In this document: positions 20,267 through 30,614 of the stretch, piece after piece | Layout: each line of letters starts with the position of its first letter | Numbering within the stretch: the first letter of the stretch is position 1 | Origin: Candidatus Sumerlaeaceae bacterium | GTDB taxonomy: Bacteria > Sumerlaeota > Sumerlaeia > Sumerlaeales > Sumerlaeaceae | Direction: 5' to 3' | Length of the DNA: 64,000 nt | NCBI GenBank assembly: GCA_051003195.1 | Contig: JBPCLP010000045.1 | Span: 195,397 to 259,396, forward strand | The notes under the pieces: model-generated | Told to the model about the DNA's origin: nothing | What the model saw: only the letters and a program-made list of their open reading frames with translations | Databases searched by the model: none | Translations under genes and position numbers: made by a program

Positions 20267-22003
20267 ATGGCAGTTATGATTCCGGATGCACTGCCGATAA
20301 AAACTAATGCCGCTGAGACTGACCTGTTTAATCGTTTCAGAGCTGAACTGCCCGATGAGGATTATATTGTTCTTCATTCACTTGGCTTGGCGCGCCATGA
20401 GCGGAAGCGTTGGGGCGAGAGCGACTTCGTTGTAATCGGTCCCGAAGGCATCTTCGTCTTGGAGATTAAGGGGGGTAGCGTTTCCTGCTACAATGGCAAC
20501 TGGACATATGAAGACCTCTGGAATGGGAAGCGGCGCACTTCCAGGGAGGGCCCTTTTGAGCAGGCCAAGTCTGGCCTGTTCGCAATTGAAAAGGATCTGA
20601 ACCGCTTTTTTCCAGAGCTGCGCAACTACATCATTGGCTATGGCGTGATGATGAAGGATGAGGAGTTTTCTGCCACGGGGTGTGAATTAACGACAGAGGT
20701 CCTTTGGGACACGCGTGAGTGGAGGCGCCCTCTACCCTTGTACGTCGAGCAACTCGCTGACTTCTGGCAAAAGAAATATGGCAGAAAGCCCCGTCTTGAT
20801 GCACCCACACGAGAGCGTATACGACAGGCTTTGAGACCGGACATCAGATCCGCAGTGACCTTTGGCTCTCGTCTGAACGGGCTGGAAACTCGCATGGTCG
20901 AGCTTAAAGATCAACAGGCTCGCATCGTAGGTGGTGTTCATCGCAACAGGCGCACTATTGTGGAGGGGCCTGCGGGCACGGGCAAGACTTTGATCGCTAC
21001 CGACCGAGCGTTAGCTTTTGCGCACGAGGGCCGGGAGATCCTCTTCCTTTGCTTCAATACTCTCCTTGCTGAACACTTGAAGTGCGGATTTGAAGCCGCA
21101 GACCTAGGCGGCGGGAGCATTGATGTTGCTCACATGCACGAGCTCCTCGGGAAGCTAATTGCCAAAAGTGAAGGATCCACACATCAGGAAATGCACAACC
21201 TGGATGACGACTTCTATCGGCATGTTTTACCAACAAAGGCAATGGAGTCTTTGGATGTACTTAAAAAATCCGGACAGTCCATCAAACAGTATGACGTGGT
21301 GATTGTCGACGAGGCACAGGACCTACTCTCTTGGAGCTATGTAGAGGTCTTGGATGCGCTCCTGAAGGATGGGTTTAACGCGGGGCGATGCCATCTGTTT
21401 ATGGATCCGAATCAGAACATCTTTGAGGGAACTGAAAACGATGTAATGTCGCGCCTTGAAGAGAGTGGCTTCTCCATTTATCCATTAGACGTAAACTGCC
21501 GCAACACCAGAGAGGTCGCCGAAGCTGCAACGATGCTGTCGAGTGTCCGATTGGCCACCAACGAAGCTATTCGCGGGGGGCGCCATCACCGCTTAATGTA
21601 TGGAAGCATTGAAGAACTACTTGCAATGATTGAAGATGAAATTAAGGGCCTTCTCAATGACGGCATAGGTCTAGAGCAAATCATCTTTCTCTCCCCGCGA
21701 GTATTGAAGCACTCTGTCTTGGCAAATGTCTCTAATTTTGCGGGTGTTCCATTGGGTGATGTGCGCACCGCCAATTCGCATGGTCTGAAGCGACTCGAAT
21801 TCTGCACTATGCAGGCATTCAAAGGACTAGAGAGGCGGATAGTTTTTGCAACCGACCTAGATTTGGAGGATCCGTCATGCAACATGCTGTATTACTGTGG
21901 GCTGTCTCGCGCAGTTGGCGTACTGTACGCGGCCATACCGAAAGCTCAGGAAACTGCCCTGCAAGCTCGTGCAACTGCATATGGTGAGTTGCTTGCCGGA
22001 TAG
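20267..22003 (+). CDS. NERD nuclease fused to an SF1 helicase
   Basis: ESDFVVI..GIFVLEIKGG (NERD); GPAGTGKT, VDEAQD, NCRN, FKGLE, GLSRA. Confidence 0.85.
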   Translation: MAVMIPDALPIKTNAAETDLFNRFRAELPDEDYIVLHSLGLARHERKRWGESDFVVIGPEGIFVLEIKGGSVSCYNGNWTYEDLWNGKRRTSREGPFEQAKSGLFAIEKDLNRFFPELRNYIIGYGVMMKDEEFSATGCELTTEVLWDTREWRRPLPLYVEQLADFWQKKYGRKPRLDAPTRERIRQALRPDIRSAVTFGSRLNGLETRMVELKDQQARIVGGVHRNRRTIVEGPAGTGKTLIATDRALAFAHEGREILFLCFNTLLAEHLKCGFEAADLGGGSIDVAHMHELLGKLIAKSEGSTHQEMHNLDDDFYRHVLPTKAMESLDVLKKSGQSIKQYDVVIVDEAQDLLSWSYVEVLDALLKDGFNAGRCHLFMDPNQNIFEGTENDVMSRLEESGFSIYPLDVNCRNTREVAEAATMLSSVRLATNEAIRGGRHHRLMYGSIEELLAMIEDEIKGLLNDGIGLEQIIFLSPRVLKHSVLANVSNFAGVPLGDVRTANSHGLKRLEFCTMQAFKGLERRIVFATDLDLEDPSCNMLYYCGLSRAVGVLYAAIPKAQETALQARATAYGELLAG

Positions 22004-22159
22004 GGTAAGCAACTCACGTAGTAACCTACAATCTCATCCAATCTCCGCGACGCGTTTACAAGTTCGTCGCACTCAAGACACTCTAAACTCAGATTGGTCT
22101 CCACCTTGCACATAGAACAGGCGTGCTATTCCTCTTGAATAGTCCTTGAACCGCTGGGA

Positions 22160-22182
22160 ATCAGTGATATCACTGATATCAC
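22160..22182. promoter_or_regulatory. Palindromic operator upstream of the RHH-Dcm gene
   Basis: Perfect 18-bp palindrome ATCAGTGATATCACTGAT (22160-22177) overlapping tandem TGATATCAC x2. Confidence 0.65.
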
Positions 22183-22204
22183 AGTTTCCCAGAGAGAGGA
22201 CCTC

Positions 22205-23419
22205 TTGATGCCGAGTTATTGCCTACGAGGCTTGCCGGAAGAGTTGCATGAGCGACTGAAAAAAGAGAGCCACAGGCGTAACGTTCCGATCCAGAAGCTC
22301 CTGCTGGAAACGGTCGAAAAGGAGTTCGGTGGCGATCAAGTCGACCTTTTCGACATGGTCTTGGAGTTGTCGAAGCCGGAGCCAACACCAGGTCTTATCC
22401 CGTTCACGTTTATAGACCTCTTTGCTGGTGTGGGCGGTTTTCGCGTGGGCATGGAGGCACTCGGGGGAAAGTGCGTGTTCACGAGCGAGTGGGATGTACA
22501 TGCTCAAAAGACGTACAAGGCTTGGCACGGGGATCAGCCACACGGGGATATCACTCAGGTAAAGAGCATTGATATCCCAGACCACGACATCCTTTGTGCT
22601 GGATTCCCATGTCAGCCGTTTTCACTGGCGGGTGTTAGCAAGAAGAACTCGCTGGGCCGGAGTCATGGCTTCGCCTGCGAGACTCAAGGTACCTTGTTCT
22701 TTCATCTGGCAACGATTGCGGAACTAAAGCGGCCTCCCGTCATGATTTTGGAGAACGTGAAGAACCTTAAATCTCACGACGGCGGAAACACGTGGAAGGT
22801 GATCGAGCGGACGTTGAAGGATTTGAAGTATAAGGTTTTTGCCAAGATCATCGACGCCAAGCCTTGGGTGCCGCAGCACCGGGAGCGGATCTTCATAGTC
22901 TGCTTCGATGAGTACGTTTTCGGCACAGACGTCCCATTTGAGTTTCCTACGCCCCCCGAGACACTGCCAAAACTAAAGGATATACTGGAGAAGACGCCAG
23001 ATCCGAAATACACCCTCAGTGACCACCTGTGGACCTACCTGCAGAACTACGCCGCCAAGCATGCGGCGGCAGGCAACGGCTTCGGCTTCGGTCTGGCGGA
23101 CCTCGACGGCAGCACTCGAACTCTGAGTGCCCGCTACCACAAAGACGGTTCCGAGATCTTAATCCCGCAGGGTAAGAACAAGAACCCGCGTCGGCTGACG
23201 CCGGACGAATGCAAGCGATTGATGGGGTATCCGGACCGCCTGAAGGTCATGGTGTCGGACACGCAGGCCTATAGGCAATTCGGCAACAGCGTTGTCCCTG
23301 CCGTCGTCGAGGCAGTGGGCAGGCAGGTACTGAAAACCATCAACTGGCACGTGTCCAGGTCCGGAGGGTTGTTCAAGGCGCGCCCGCCCTTTGTCCATGA
23401 AACGGCTATGGCTGGATGA
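22205..23419 (+). CDS. dcm: Dcm/M.EcoRII-like C5 methyltransferase with an N-terminal ribbon-helix-helix domain
   Basis: [69 protein letters not shown] are typical of the CCWGG-specific Dcm/M.EcoRII group. Confidence 0.92.
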   Translation: MMPSYCLRGLPEELHERLKKESHRRNVPIQKLLLETVEKEFGGDQVDLFDMVLELSKPEPTPGLIPFTFIDLFAGVGGFRVGMEALGGKCVFTSEWDVHAQKTYKAWHGDQPHGDITQVKSIDIPDHDILCAGFPCQPFSLAGVSKKNSLGRSHGFACETQGTLFFHLATIAELKRPPVMILENVKNLKSHDGGNTWKVIERTLKDLKYKVFAKIIDAKPWVPQHRERIFIVCFDEYVFGTDVPFEFPTPPETLPKLKDILEKTPDPKYTLSDHLWTYLQNYAAKHAAAGNGFGFGLADLDGSTRTLSARYHKDGSEILIPQGKNKNPRRLTPDECKRLMGYPDRLKVMVSDTQAYRQFGNSVVPAVVEAVGRQVLKTINWHVSRSGGLFKARPPFVHETAMAG

Positions 23420-24600
23420 TCTGCCCCTTCGCGGAACAGGCCGTTGAGGAGGCTGTCAAACACGGCAACGCAATCCTGAAATACATCAGCCCTAACGACG
23501 TGGGACAGACGGGCGGCCACCAGTGCGGCTACTATCTCCCGAAGGCAATTTGGAAGCACTTCACAGTCAACCCGCCGGTCAAAGGCGAAAACGCTGAGCA
23601 GTTCGTTACGATCTCGTGGCAAAATGGGAGTGAATCGTCCTCCCGCATCATTTGGTACGGTAAGGGAACTCGGAGCGAGTACCGGCTCACGCGCTTCGGG
23701 AAAGACTTCCCGTTCCTGACCCACGACAGCGTGGGCAACCTGCTTGTGCTGATCAAGACTGCAGCAGAAACGTTCCACGCCTTCGTCGTCTACGCCGATG
23801 ATGATATCGAGGAGCTACAGGCGCGACTGAGCATCGAGATCATAGGGACCTGGGCGCACTACAACGCGGAGAAATCGGAATTGGAGTTCGAGTACTCGCA
23901 CGAGACGGAGGACGAGTGTCTCAACCGCCAGTTCCGCAGCTTTTGCCAACTTCTGGACAGCTACCCCTCGGGCAATAGTTTCTCAGAGGCCACGCGAGCG
24001 GCGCTCCTTCACTGCATCCAAGGGTACTGCAGCCTTAGTCCTGACGACAAGCTCATGAGATGTCTGGAGTCGGAGTACGAGCTGTTCCGGATGGCGGAAC
24101 GCAAGATCTGCGGGCCGGACGTGCGCAGGTTGTTCCAGTCAGTCGATGATTTTCTCGGAACGGCCAATAGCATCCTGCAGAGGCGCAAGTCTCGCGCTGG
24201 TTTGGCACTGGAGAACCACGTCGAGATGCTTCTCACCGAAGCAGGGGTCCCGTTCGATGCTCAGCCCGGTCCAACTGTTGGACGTATAGATGTCATCATT
24301 CCCGGCAAGCGTGAGTACCTGGACAGCGCGTTCCCGGTGGAGAAGCTCGTGGCAGTCGGCATCAAGACGACATGCAAGGACCGCTGGGCTCAGGTGTTGA
24401 AAGAGGCACCGCGCGTGAAGAAGAAGCACATCCTTACCACCCAGAAGGGAATCTCCGAATCACAGCTCAAGGAGATGCACGAGGCGGGCGTGACCTTAAT
24501 CGTCCCTAAGTCCCTCCAGAAGCTGTACACCACCAAACAGTCAGGTATGAACATTCTTTCGCTCGGGGATTTCATTGCTGGGGCGCCCAGGAATGGCTGA
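23416..24600 (+). CDS. EcoRII-family type IIE restriction endonuclease
   Basis: N-terminal [19 protein letters not shown]-terminal [23 protein letters not shown]. Confidence 0.88.
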   Translation: MICPFAEQAVEEAVKHGNAILKYISPNDVGQTGGHQCGYYLPKAIWKHFTVNPPVKGENAEQFVTISWQNGSESSSRIIWYGKGTRSEYRLTRFGKDFPFLTHDSVGNLLVLIKTAAETFHAFVVYADDDIEELQARLSIEIIGTWAHYNAEKSELEFEYSHETEDECLNRQFRSFCQLLDSYPSGNSFSEATRAALLHCIQGYCSLSPDDKLMRCLESEYELFRMAERKICGPDVRRLFQSVDDFLGTANSILQRRKSRAGLALENHVEMLLTEAGVPFDAQPGPTVGRIDVIIPGKREYLDSAFPVEKLVAVGIKTTCKDRWAQVLKEAPRVKKKHILTTQKGISESQLKEMHEAGVTLIVPKSLQKLYTTKQSGMNILSLGDFIAGAPRNG

Positions 24601-25003
24601 TGTTCACTCCCAGGAACAGCGCAGCCGAAACATGGCGGCGATCAGGGCAAAGGACACTAGCCCTGAGATCGCTGTACGCCGCCTCCTTCATCGTCTCGGC
24701 TACCGGTACAGATTGCACGTAAAAGACCTGCCTGGCAAGCCTGACATTGTTCTTCCACGTTTTCACGCCATCGTGGAAGTTCGTGGATGTTTCTGGCACC
24801 GCCATCCCGGCTGCAGGTATGCGACAAGTCCGGCGACGCGGCAGGAGTTCTGGCAAGCAAAGTTCAAAGAGAACATGGCTCGCGACCGACGCGTAGAAGA
24901 GCTGCTGTCGCAGCAGGGATGGCGTCTGGAGATAGTATGGGAGTGCGAGATCCGCGAAATGGCAACCCTTGAAACAAAGCTGGTGAAATTTCTCAGCCTC
25001 TGA
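24593..25003 (+). CDS. vsr: Very short patch repair endonuclease
   Basis: MADVHS.EQRSRNMAAIR.KDT.PE, LPGKPDIV, GCFWH.H..C, FW..K...N..RD, VWEC. Confidence 0.95.
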   Translation: MADVHSQEQRSRNMAAIRAKDTSPEIAVRRLLHRLGYRYRLHVKDLPGKPDIVLPRFHAIVEVRGCFWHRHPGCRYATSPATRQEFWQAKFKENMARDRRVEELLSQQGWRLEIVWECEIREMATLETKLVKFLSL

Positions 25004-25104
25004 AAAAGGAGACGAGATCGTCCTGAACTAACTCCAACCGGGCCTCAGCGACTACATCCTCGGGGAGCTACAAATAAGCAGCCTTTTCGCTTTTGAGAGT
25101 AATT

Positions 25105-25470
25105 TCAAAGGGCCTTTTGAAGTATAACCGCCAGCGTTTTAAACAATTCTTCAAGCCTACCTTCGACTTTTAGTCGATGAATCAATTCCTGTATGCTCTC
25201 GACCCGGGCATGCTTGGGCCCGAAAATATGTTCACGCACGTCAATATTCAGCGTAGCTAGAACCTTCAGCAACAAATCCAATTGTACGTTCGTTTGGCCT
25301 GCCTCGATCCGCTGAATGGTACCAAAAGAAACTTCTGCTTGGTCTGCCAGCTGTTTAATCGTGAGCTTAGCGCTTTGCCGTTGGGCCCGGACACGTGCCC
25401 CCAGTCCGACAGTGTCCACTGTGGGGGTGCGTAATTTCAATTGGGCACTCGCGCGTTTTGACACGAACAT
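25105..25470 (-). CDS. XRE-family HTH regulator
   Basis: LGARVRAQR..AKLT..QLADQAEVS..TIQRIEAG. Confidence 0.85.
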   Translation of the reverse strand: MFVSKRASAQLKLRTPTVDTVGLGARVRAQRQSAKLTIKQLADQAEVSFGTIQRIEAGQTNVQLDLLLKVLATLNIDVREHIFGPKHARVESIQELIHRLKVEGRLEELFKTLAVILQKAL

Positions 25471-25600
25471 ATCGGGACGTGCGTTGCGCTAAACGGCAAG
25501 GTCTATGTAGACGCCGTCTCACAATCTTTTAAAATTTCTGAATTTTTAAACGGTTTAGTTGATAGGGACATTCACTACTAAACGTGAGGGAGCGCAAAAA

Positions 25601-26251
25601 ATGGGTGTTCGTCCGTATATCACAGTGCTTTCAGTGCCGTTGCATTTGGAGGGGGCGACGATCGAGTATGGGCAGCGTGTTGAATGGGTCGCTGCCGACC
25701 AGGTGGTGCCGGAGGACATCTTTGATTGGCTAAACCCGGCGAAGGGCATCGTACGTGAGGTGGCGCTGGCAGACGGCTATAGGCTGCCGCATCCTGAGCA
25801 AGCCGAACATTTGTGGGTAACGGAGGCCCTCATTATGGCAAACAAGGACTTTCCCCGACTGGCTGGTATTGACGGCGAACGCTGCACCGCCCGCCCGGGG
25901 TTAGGAGAAATCTTCGTCAGCAGATCGTTGGATATTTATTTTGTCGACGATCGTAGCGTGACGCAAATACACGGTACTTTTGCCCGCAACGAACTGCTCG
26001 AGCGGCACGGCGAAGTTATCGGAGATCTTCGTGCCCACCTTTACGATGCCGCCGACGAGTACGTACAACGAAAGATTGCCGACGCAACAGCTTTGACAAA
26101 GTCTGACTTTGTATACGAACACCTGGATCAGTACCTCCAGGCACTTGATAACGTTCTGCGCCCATGCGTTCTTCATGAACTCGAACCGGAGCACTTGGAC
26201 GACATCGCCCTGGAAGTACTCGCGCTGACCAACAAGCTGGTGAGGAGCTGA
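25601..26251 (+). CDS. Hypothetical protein
   Basis: GAGGGAG RBS before ATG 25601; adjacent to the next gene; no motif recognised. Confidence 0.65.
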   Translation: MGVRPYITVLSVPLHLEGATIEYGQRVEWVAADQVVPEDIFDWLNPAKGIVREVALADGYRLPHPEQAEHLWVTEALIMANKDFPRLAGIDGERCTARPGLGEIFVSRSLDIYFVDDRSVTQIHGTFARNELLERHGEVIGDLRAHLYDAADEYVQRKIADATALTKSDFVYEHLDQYLQALDNVLRPCVLHELEPEHLDDIALEVLALTNKLVRS

Positions 26252-26252
26252 C

Positions 26253-27620
26253 ATGGCAAACGGACAGCAAATCTCGCGCACCCGTGCCGGTCAACTGCAG
26301 CAGGGCAAGTCCGCCAGCCTGCTTAAGTGTCCAGAGTGCGGTTTTAACATGGAATTATCCTCGGCTTTTAGCGCGCAGGTCCGGCAGCTGGCGGATCAGG
26401 AAATCGCGGTCGAGCTTGAGCGCGTTCGCGTGGAGGCTACAAAGCTCGCGGCGCAGAACCACAATGCGCATGCCGCCGGGCTTTGCTCCGAGATTGACCA
26501 GTTGCGTTTGAAGCTCGGCGAGCTCCAGCGCGAGCAAGATAGTATTGCCGACCAGAGAGCCCAACTGCAGAAGCAGAGAGCTGAAGTGGAGAACACGATC
26601 CGCCAACGCGTCGATGCTGCCGTTACTGATGCTGGAAAGGCCGCAGCACGACAGACACGGCTAGAGTGCGAGACTCGCGAGAAAGCTCTGGCTCAGGAAG
26701 TGTCGCTGCTTTCCGTTCAGCTAAAGCAGGCGCAGTCTTCCGAACTTGTGCTTCGAAAGGAGCGCCAATCTGTCCAGCAGCTGCGCGACAATATCGAACT
26801 AGAGATTTGCCGACGGTTGGACACTGAACGCCAGGCTGTCGCCGAGGGTGCACGGGAGAAGGCGGAGCAAACCGGCAGGCTAGCGCTCCAGCAAAAAGAG
26901 CTGCAGATCCGGCGGTTAAATGAACAGATCGAGAAACTCCAATCCTCAACTGCACCCCGCCAGCCCGAATTGCAGGGTGAGTCCCTAGAAGTGCATATTA
27001 AACGAGTGCTCTCGACGAGCTTTCCTGCAGACATAATTGAGGACGTTGCCAGAGGCGAGCGCGGGGCGGATCTCACTCAATCGGTTAGGAATGCATCCCT
27101 GCAGGTGTGCGGCACCATCGTGTGGGAAGCTAAAACTGCCAGGAACTGGAACGAAACCTGGCTCGAGAAGTTGAAGCGGAACCAGTGTGCCTCCGGCGGT
27201 GACTTGGCCGTAATTGTCGCTACTGTGCTGCCTAATGGGGTGGTCGGATTTGGTGTTCGCGACGGAGTGTGGGTCACTCTCCCCTGGTGCGCCGGCGCAC
27301 TTGCCACGGCATTGCGCATGACGATCTTGCGTGTCTGGACGATGCAGGCGGCGACAACGACCCGGGAAGAGCGGCTCCGCGCCATCCAAAACTACCTTTG
27401 CAGCACTACCTTTCGTCTGCAAGCCGAGCAGCTTCTTTCCATTATAACACGGCTTCGTGAAGGCTGCGACCAGGAACAACGCTGGCTTACACGCCAATGG
27501 CAGAAAAGGAAGGCTGCGCTTGATGAATTCGGACATACCGCAGCAGAGATCATCGGTTCCTTGGAAGCAGCAACCGGATCGGAGTTGGTCTTCGAGTCGG
27601 ACAACGAGCATCTCATCTGA
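26253..27620 (+). CDS. DUF2130-like coiled-coil protein with a C-terminal PD-(D/E)XK-like domain
   Basis: CPECG, long coiled coil, QGESLE...FPADIIEDV..G..GAD...CGTIVWEAK....W...W..KLK. Confidence 0.75.
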   Translation: MANGQQISRTRAGQLQQGKSASLLKCPECGFNMELSSAFSAQVRQLADQEIAVELERVRVEATKLAAQNHNAHAAGLCSEIDQLRLKLGELQREQDSIADQRAQLQKQRAEVENTIRQRVDAAVTDAGKAAARQTRLECETREKALAQEVSLLSVQLKQAQSSELVLRKERQSVQQLRDNIELEICRRLDTERQAVAEGAREKAEQTGRLALQQKELQIRRLNEQIEKLQSSTAPRQPELQGESLEVHIKRVLSTSFPADIIEDVARGERGADLTQSVRNASLQVCGTIVWEAKTARNWNETWLEKLKRNQCASGGDLAVIVATVLPNGVVGFGVRDGVWVTLPWCAGALATALRMTILRVWTMQAATTTREERLRAIQNYLCSTTFRLQAEQLLSIITRLREGCDQEQRWLTRQWQKRKAALDEFGHTAAEIIGSLEAATGSELVFESDNEHLI

Positions 27621-28150
27621 AGCTTAAGAACAAAACCAAAGTGGTGTGTCAGGCTTTTGCCGCCAAAGCCGCATCAACGATGTAATCGAGTGTCCCGAAC
27701 ACGCGGGGAAGGATTGCTTTGGACGGGGGTTATACACTGCGCAATCTGCAACTTCTACAACTGGAACTCAGTCCATGCGACACCGTTGCGTGACAGCAAT
27801 TACCTGGGTTTGGCGGTCACATAAGGCGAAAAGTCAATTGCGGCTCTTCTGAAACATTATGTGAAAACGACAACTAACAAACGCGCGTTCATTCTGGGAA
27901 GGCTCCATCGGTATCCAATATGTGGCAGCTGCCACTTATACAATGGTAAGCCTAGACATTATTTCGGCCACTCACCTGTTGTTGCTCAGCGATTTTCCGC
28001 TTTATCAAGACCTTCGGCTAGTTAGTACTGCTGAGTGGTTTTAAAGCAGTGATGGACTGATCCCGGTGGCTGCCGCGCTTCTCCTTGTAGTTGCAAACAG
28101 TCTTCAGATAGTCGTACGCGGTATGCTCCTTCACCGTCGGCAGCCAAGGA

Positions 28151-28651
28151 TTGCTCGGACAGAATGATTCTAGCATCCAACTCGACAACACGCCACAGGT
28201 TGGCGAAATCGCACTCGGTAAAAAGCAACTTGTCTGGCCAGTCTCGGAAATTCTGAATCAGGCCAGGACCAAATTAAAGAGGGGCAATGATATCGGCGCG
28301 ATTGAACTGTGCAACCAGGTAGTGGTTCTGGAGCCAGGGAACCCCCAGGCGCAGGAAATCCTGCGAGATGTTTTGAAGCTGCAGGAAGCGCTGCGCGCCA
28401 AGGCAAACGCCGAAGCAGCGGCTCGGGCGCGTGCCCAGGCCGAAATTGCTGCACGCAATGCGGCTGTGGAAGCCGCCCGAAACCAAGTGAAGGCAGAGCA
28501 GGAAGCACGGGAGAAGGTGGAAGCGGACCGTATTGCTGCCGAACGGGCGGATCGGATCCAACTCGAACAGGCGAAGGTAATTGCGGAACGTAATCGTGTG
28601 CGGGTGGAGGAGGCTCGGGGACAACGCGGTGACAGGTTAGGAATTAGCTAA
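28151..28651 (+). CDS. Hypothetical protein (one TPR-like repeat plus Ala/Glu/Arg coil), possibly truncated
   Basis: GAIELCNQVVVLEPGNPQA TPR-like segment; start uncertain. Confidence 0.4.
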   Translation: MLGQNDSSIQLDNTPQVGEIALGKKQLVWPVSEILNQARTKLKRGNDIGAIELCNQVVVLEPGNPQAQEILRDVLKLQEALRAKANAEAAARARAQAEIAARNAAVEAARNQVKAEQEAREKVEADRIAAERADRIQLEQAKVIAERNRVRVEEARGQRGDRLGIS

Positions 28652-29268
28652 ACGGCCTGCTTACGGTCTAGTGCTGAAGTAGCGGCGCGGTGGCAGTCGC
28701 GGAGGTACTGTAGAGTGCGGTCGATGTGCGGGTGGTGTGCGGATTCCATGAAGCGACAGAACCAACGTATCTGGCCATCCCATTCACTCAGGTCGCCCGG
28801 CGGATGAAGGGTCCAACCGAGTTCTTCGAGCGTCCATAGCTGCTTGGCGCTATTGCGCAGCATGGAAGTGGTAACCCAGTTGGATTCGTCGTCGGTACCG
28901 CCGCGCGTGACCGGAACGACGTGGTCGATGCTGGGAAACAGCTCCCACCAGGCGAAGTGTCCGACGTCTGTTTTGCCGTTCTTGTGATATGGAAAGGCAT
29001 CGGGGCAGACGAGGGACAGGACGCGCAGGGCACCGGGAAACACCAGGCGTTCGCCGGAGTAGCGATCGACGAAGCCATCGCGCAGGAAGATGCGAGTGCA
29101 TTGGGTTAAGGTGTATTTGCGCCCCGCGCGGGACTGAGGCTGGAATGGGTATCCGCTGCAGAGGATGTCTCGAGCGGCGTCGGGGCCACCGGTTTCGAGC
29201 GCGGTGCAGGCCTGGGCGATGATGTCGGCTTTGGCTGGTGGGGCTCCCATGGCGCTTTTGACATGCAT
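28648..29268 (-). CDS. HNH endonuclease
   Basis: IFLRDGF.DRY.G, SIDHVVPVTRGG.DDESNW......NSAK. Confidence 0.85.
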   Translation of the reverse strand: MHVKSAMGAPPAKADIIAQACTALETGGPDAARDILCSGYPFQPQSRAGRKYTLTQCTRIFLRDGFVDRYSGERLVFPGALRVLSLVCPDAFPYHKNGKTDVGHFAWWELFPSIDHVVPVTRGGTDDESNWVTTSMLRNSAKQLWTLEELGWTLHPPGDLSEWDGQIRWFCRFMESAHHPHIDRTLQYLRDCHRAATSALDRKQAV

Positions 29269-29370
29269 TCAGGAAAAGCGAAAGCAAGCTTTCGCAATCC
29301 AAAGCGGCTGCGCAGCATAGGTCCACCGGGTTTTCTTGCGCTCCCAAGTGGCAGATGGTTTAGGTGGCAC

Positions 29371-30240
29371 ATGCAAATCAATGAAGGAAGACAGGTGCGG
29401 GACCCGGGGTGGGTAGTGCGAGTTTGGGATTGGATGGAATTTGCGTCCAACCGTGCCCAATTGGCAGCATCCTTTCTAATCGCGGCAGTGCTCGTTGTTC
29501 CAAGTGCACTTGTGGGACTGATGGTTCGTATGCCGGGCGTTCGGGAAATTGCCTTTTTGATAACTTTTGTTTTGGTCGCAGGAGCACTGCTGTTCGCCGT
29601 CGCAAAAGGCATGCTGCGCGTTATGCGCTTTCGGTTGCTCCGCTATATTCCCGGACCTGATGCCTTGCGAAAGATTAGCGGACGTGAACTGGAGGACCTT
29701 ACCCAGGAGATTTACGAATCCTTGGGCTACAAGGTTCGTAAGCGAGCCGTGCCTGGCAAACCTGATGGTGGAATAGACCTGGAGGTTTTGCGAAACGGCA
29801 AACGTGGACTGGTACAGTGCAAGCTGCGCACCACCGACGCGGTAGATGTCCGTCAAGTACGTGAACTGTTCGCTGTGCTGATAGAAAACGGTGCTGACTA
29901 TGCCGTATTGATCACCACAACTGGGTTTACCGAACCTGCGCAGAAGACTGCGTTCGAAAAGCCCATCGAATTAGTGGATCACTTGAAGCTCTGGGAGATG
30001 GTGCAGGACGCAAGGCTCGAGGAGCGGGTTGCGGCTGTGGCAGCCAAGGCACAGAAGAGAGCCCAAGGTGTTGGCGTATACGCGCGAGAGAAGCTGCGGT
30101 GTGCTGTGTGCGGGGAAGAGCTTACACTTAAGGAAAACGACTACGGGCCATTCCTGGTGTGTTCCGCCGGGCGCAGAACGAATTGCGATACGCTGGTCCC
30201 CCTGCGCGACGGGCGGCAGCGTTCTAAGTTCCAGATATAA
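29371..30240 (+). CDS. Membrane-anchored Mrr-like restriction endonuclease with a C-terminal zinc ribbon
   Basis: Two TM segments; E.L...Y..LGY...DGGIDL...LVQCK (Mrr_cat); CAVCG...GPFLVCS...C. Confidence 0.8.
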   Translation: MQINEGRQVRDPGWVVRVWDWMEFASNRAQLAASFLIAAVLVVPSALVGLMVRMPGVREIAFLITFVLVAGALLFAVAKGMLRVMRFRLLRYIPGPDALRKISGRELEDLTQEIYESLGYKVRKRAVPGKPDGGIDLEVLRNGKRGLVQCKLRTTDAVDVRQVRELFAVLIENGADYAVLITTTGFTEPAQKTAFEKPIELVDHLKLWEMVQDARLEERVAAVAAKAQKRAQGVGVYAREKLRCAVCGEELTLKENDYGPFLVCSAGRRTNCDTLVPLRDGRQRSKFQI

Positions 30241-30612
30241 GAAATTCGGAGATGGTGGGTGGGCACGTACCCGGAATCGTCTGTTAGGCCAGAATCCCGT
30301 AGCGATGGAACCCGTACCGAAACCTGCGCTGCCAAGAGCCTCGGGAGCGCGAGCCGGTGTGTGCTGCTGCGGGCCAGCCGACTGAGCCATGATTGGTGGA
30401 GTTCCGCCGGGGCCGTTCATTGGAGGTCCTCCAGCTGGCGGCTGACAGGGGCATTGGTTGCATGGTGGAGGTGGAGCCTGCGGGATACAACTGACGCCGA
30501 CCAGAGGTGCACCGAGCTGGGATTTTGCCGAACCGGGGCAAAGCAGTGTGATAAGAACTGAAATGGATACGGGGAAAACATTTTTCCGATAAATGCAATC
30601 CAGCGGGTTCAT
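30241..30612 (-). pseudogene. Probable N-terminus of a truncated secreted Cys/Pro-rich protein
   Basis: Starts 2 nt after the TPR gene stop; signal-peptide-like start then CIPQAPPPPCNQCPCQPP; the frame then runs antisense into the Mrr gene. Confidence 0.4.
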
Positions 30613-30614
30613 GG

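Noticed and set aside
27688..27712. GAGTGTCCCGAACACGCGGGG loosely resembles a type I-E CRISPR repeat
   Set aside because: Single copy, no repeat-spacer periodicity and no cas genes in the window.
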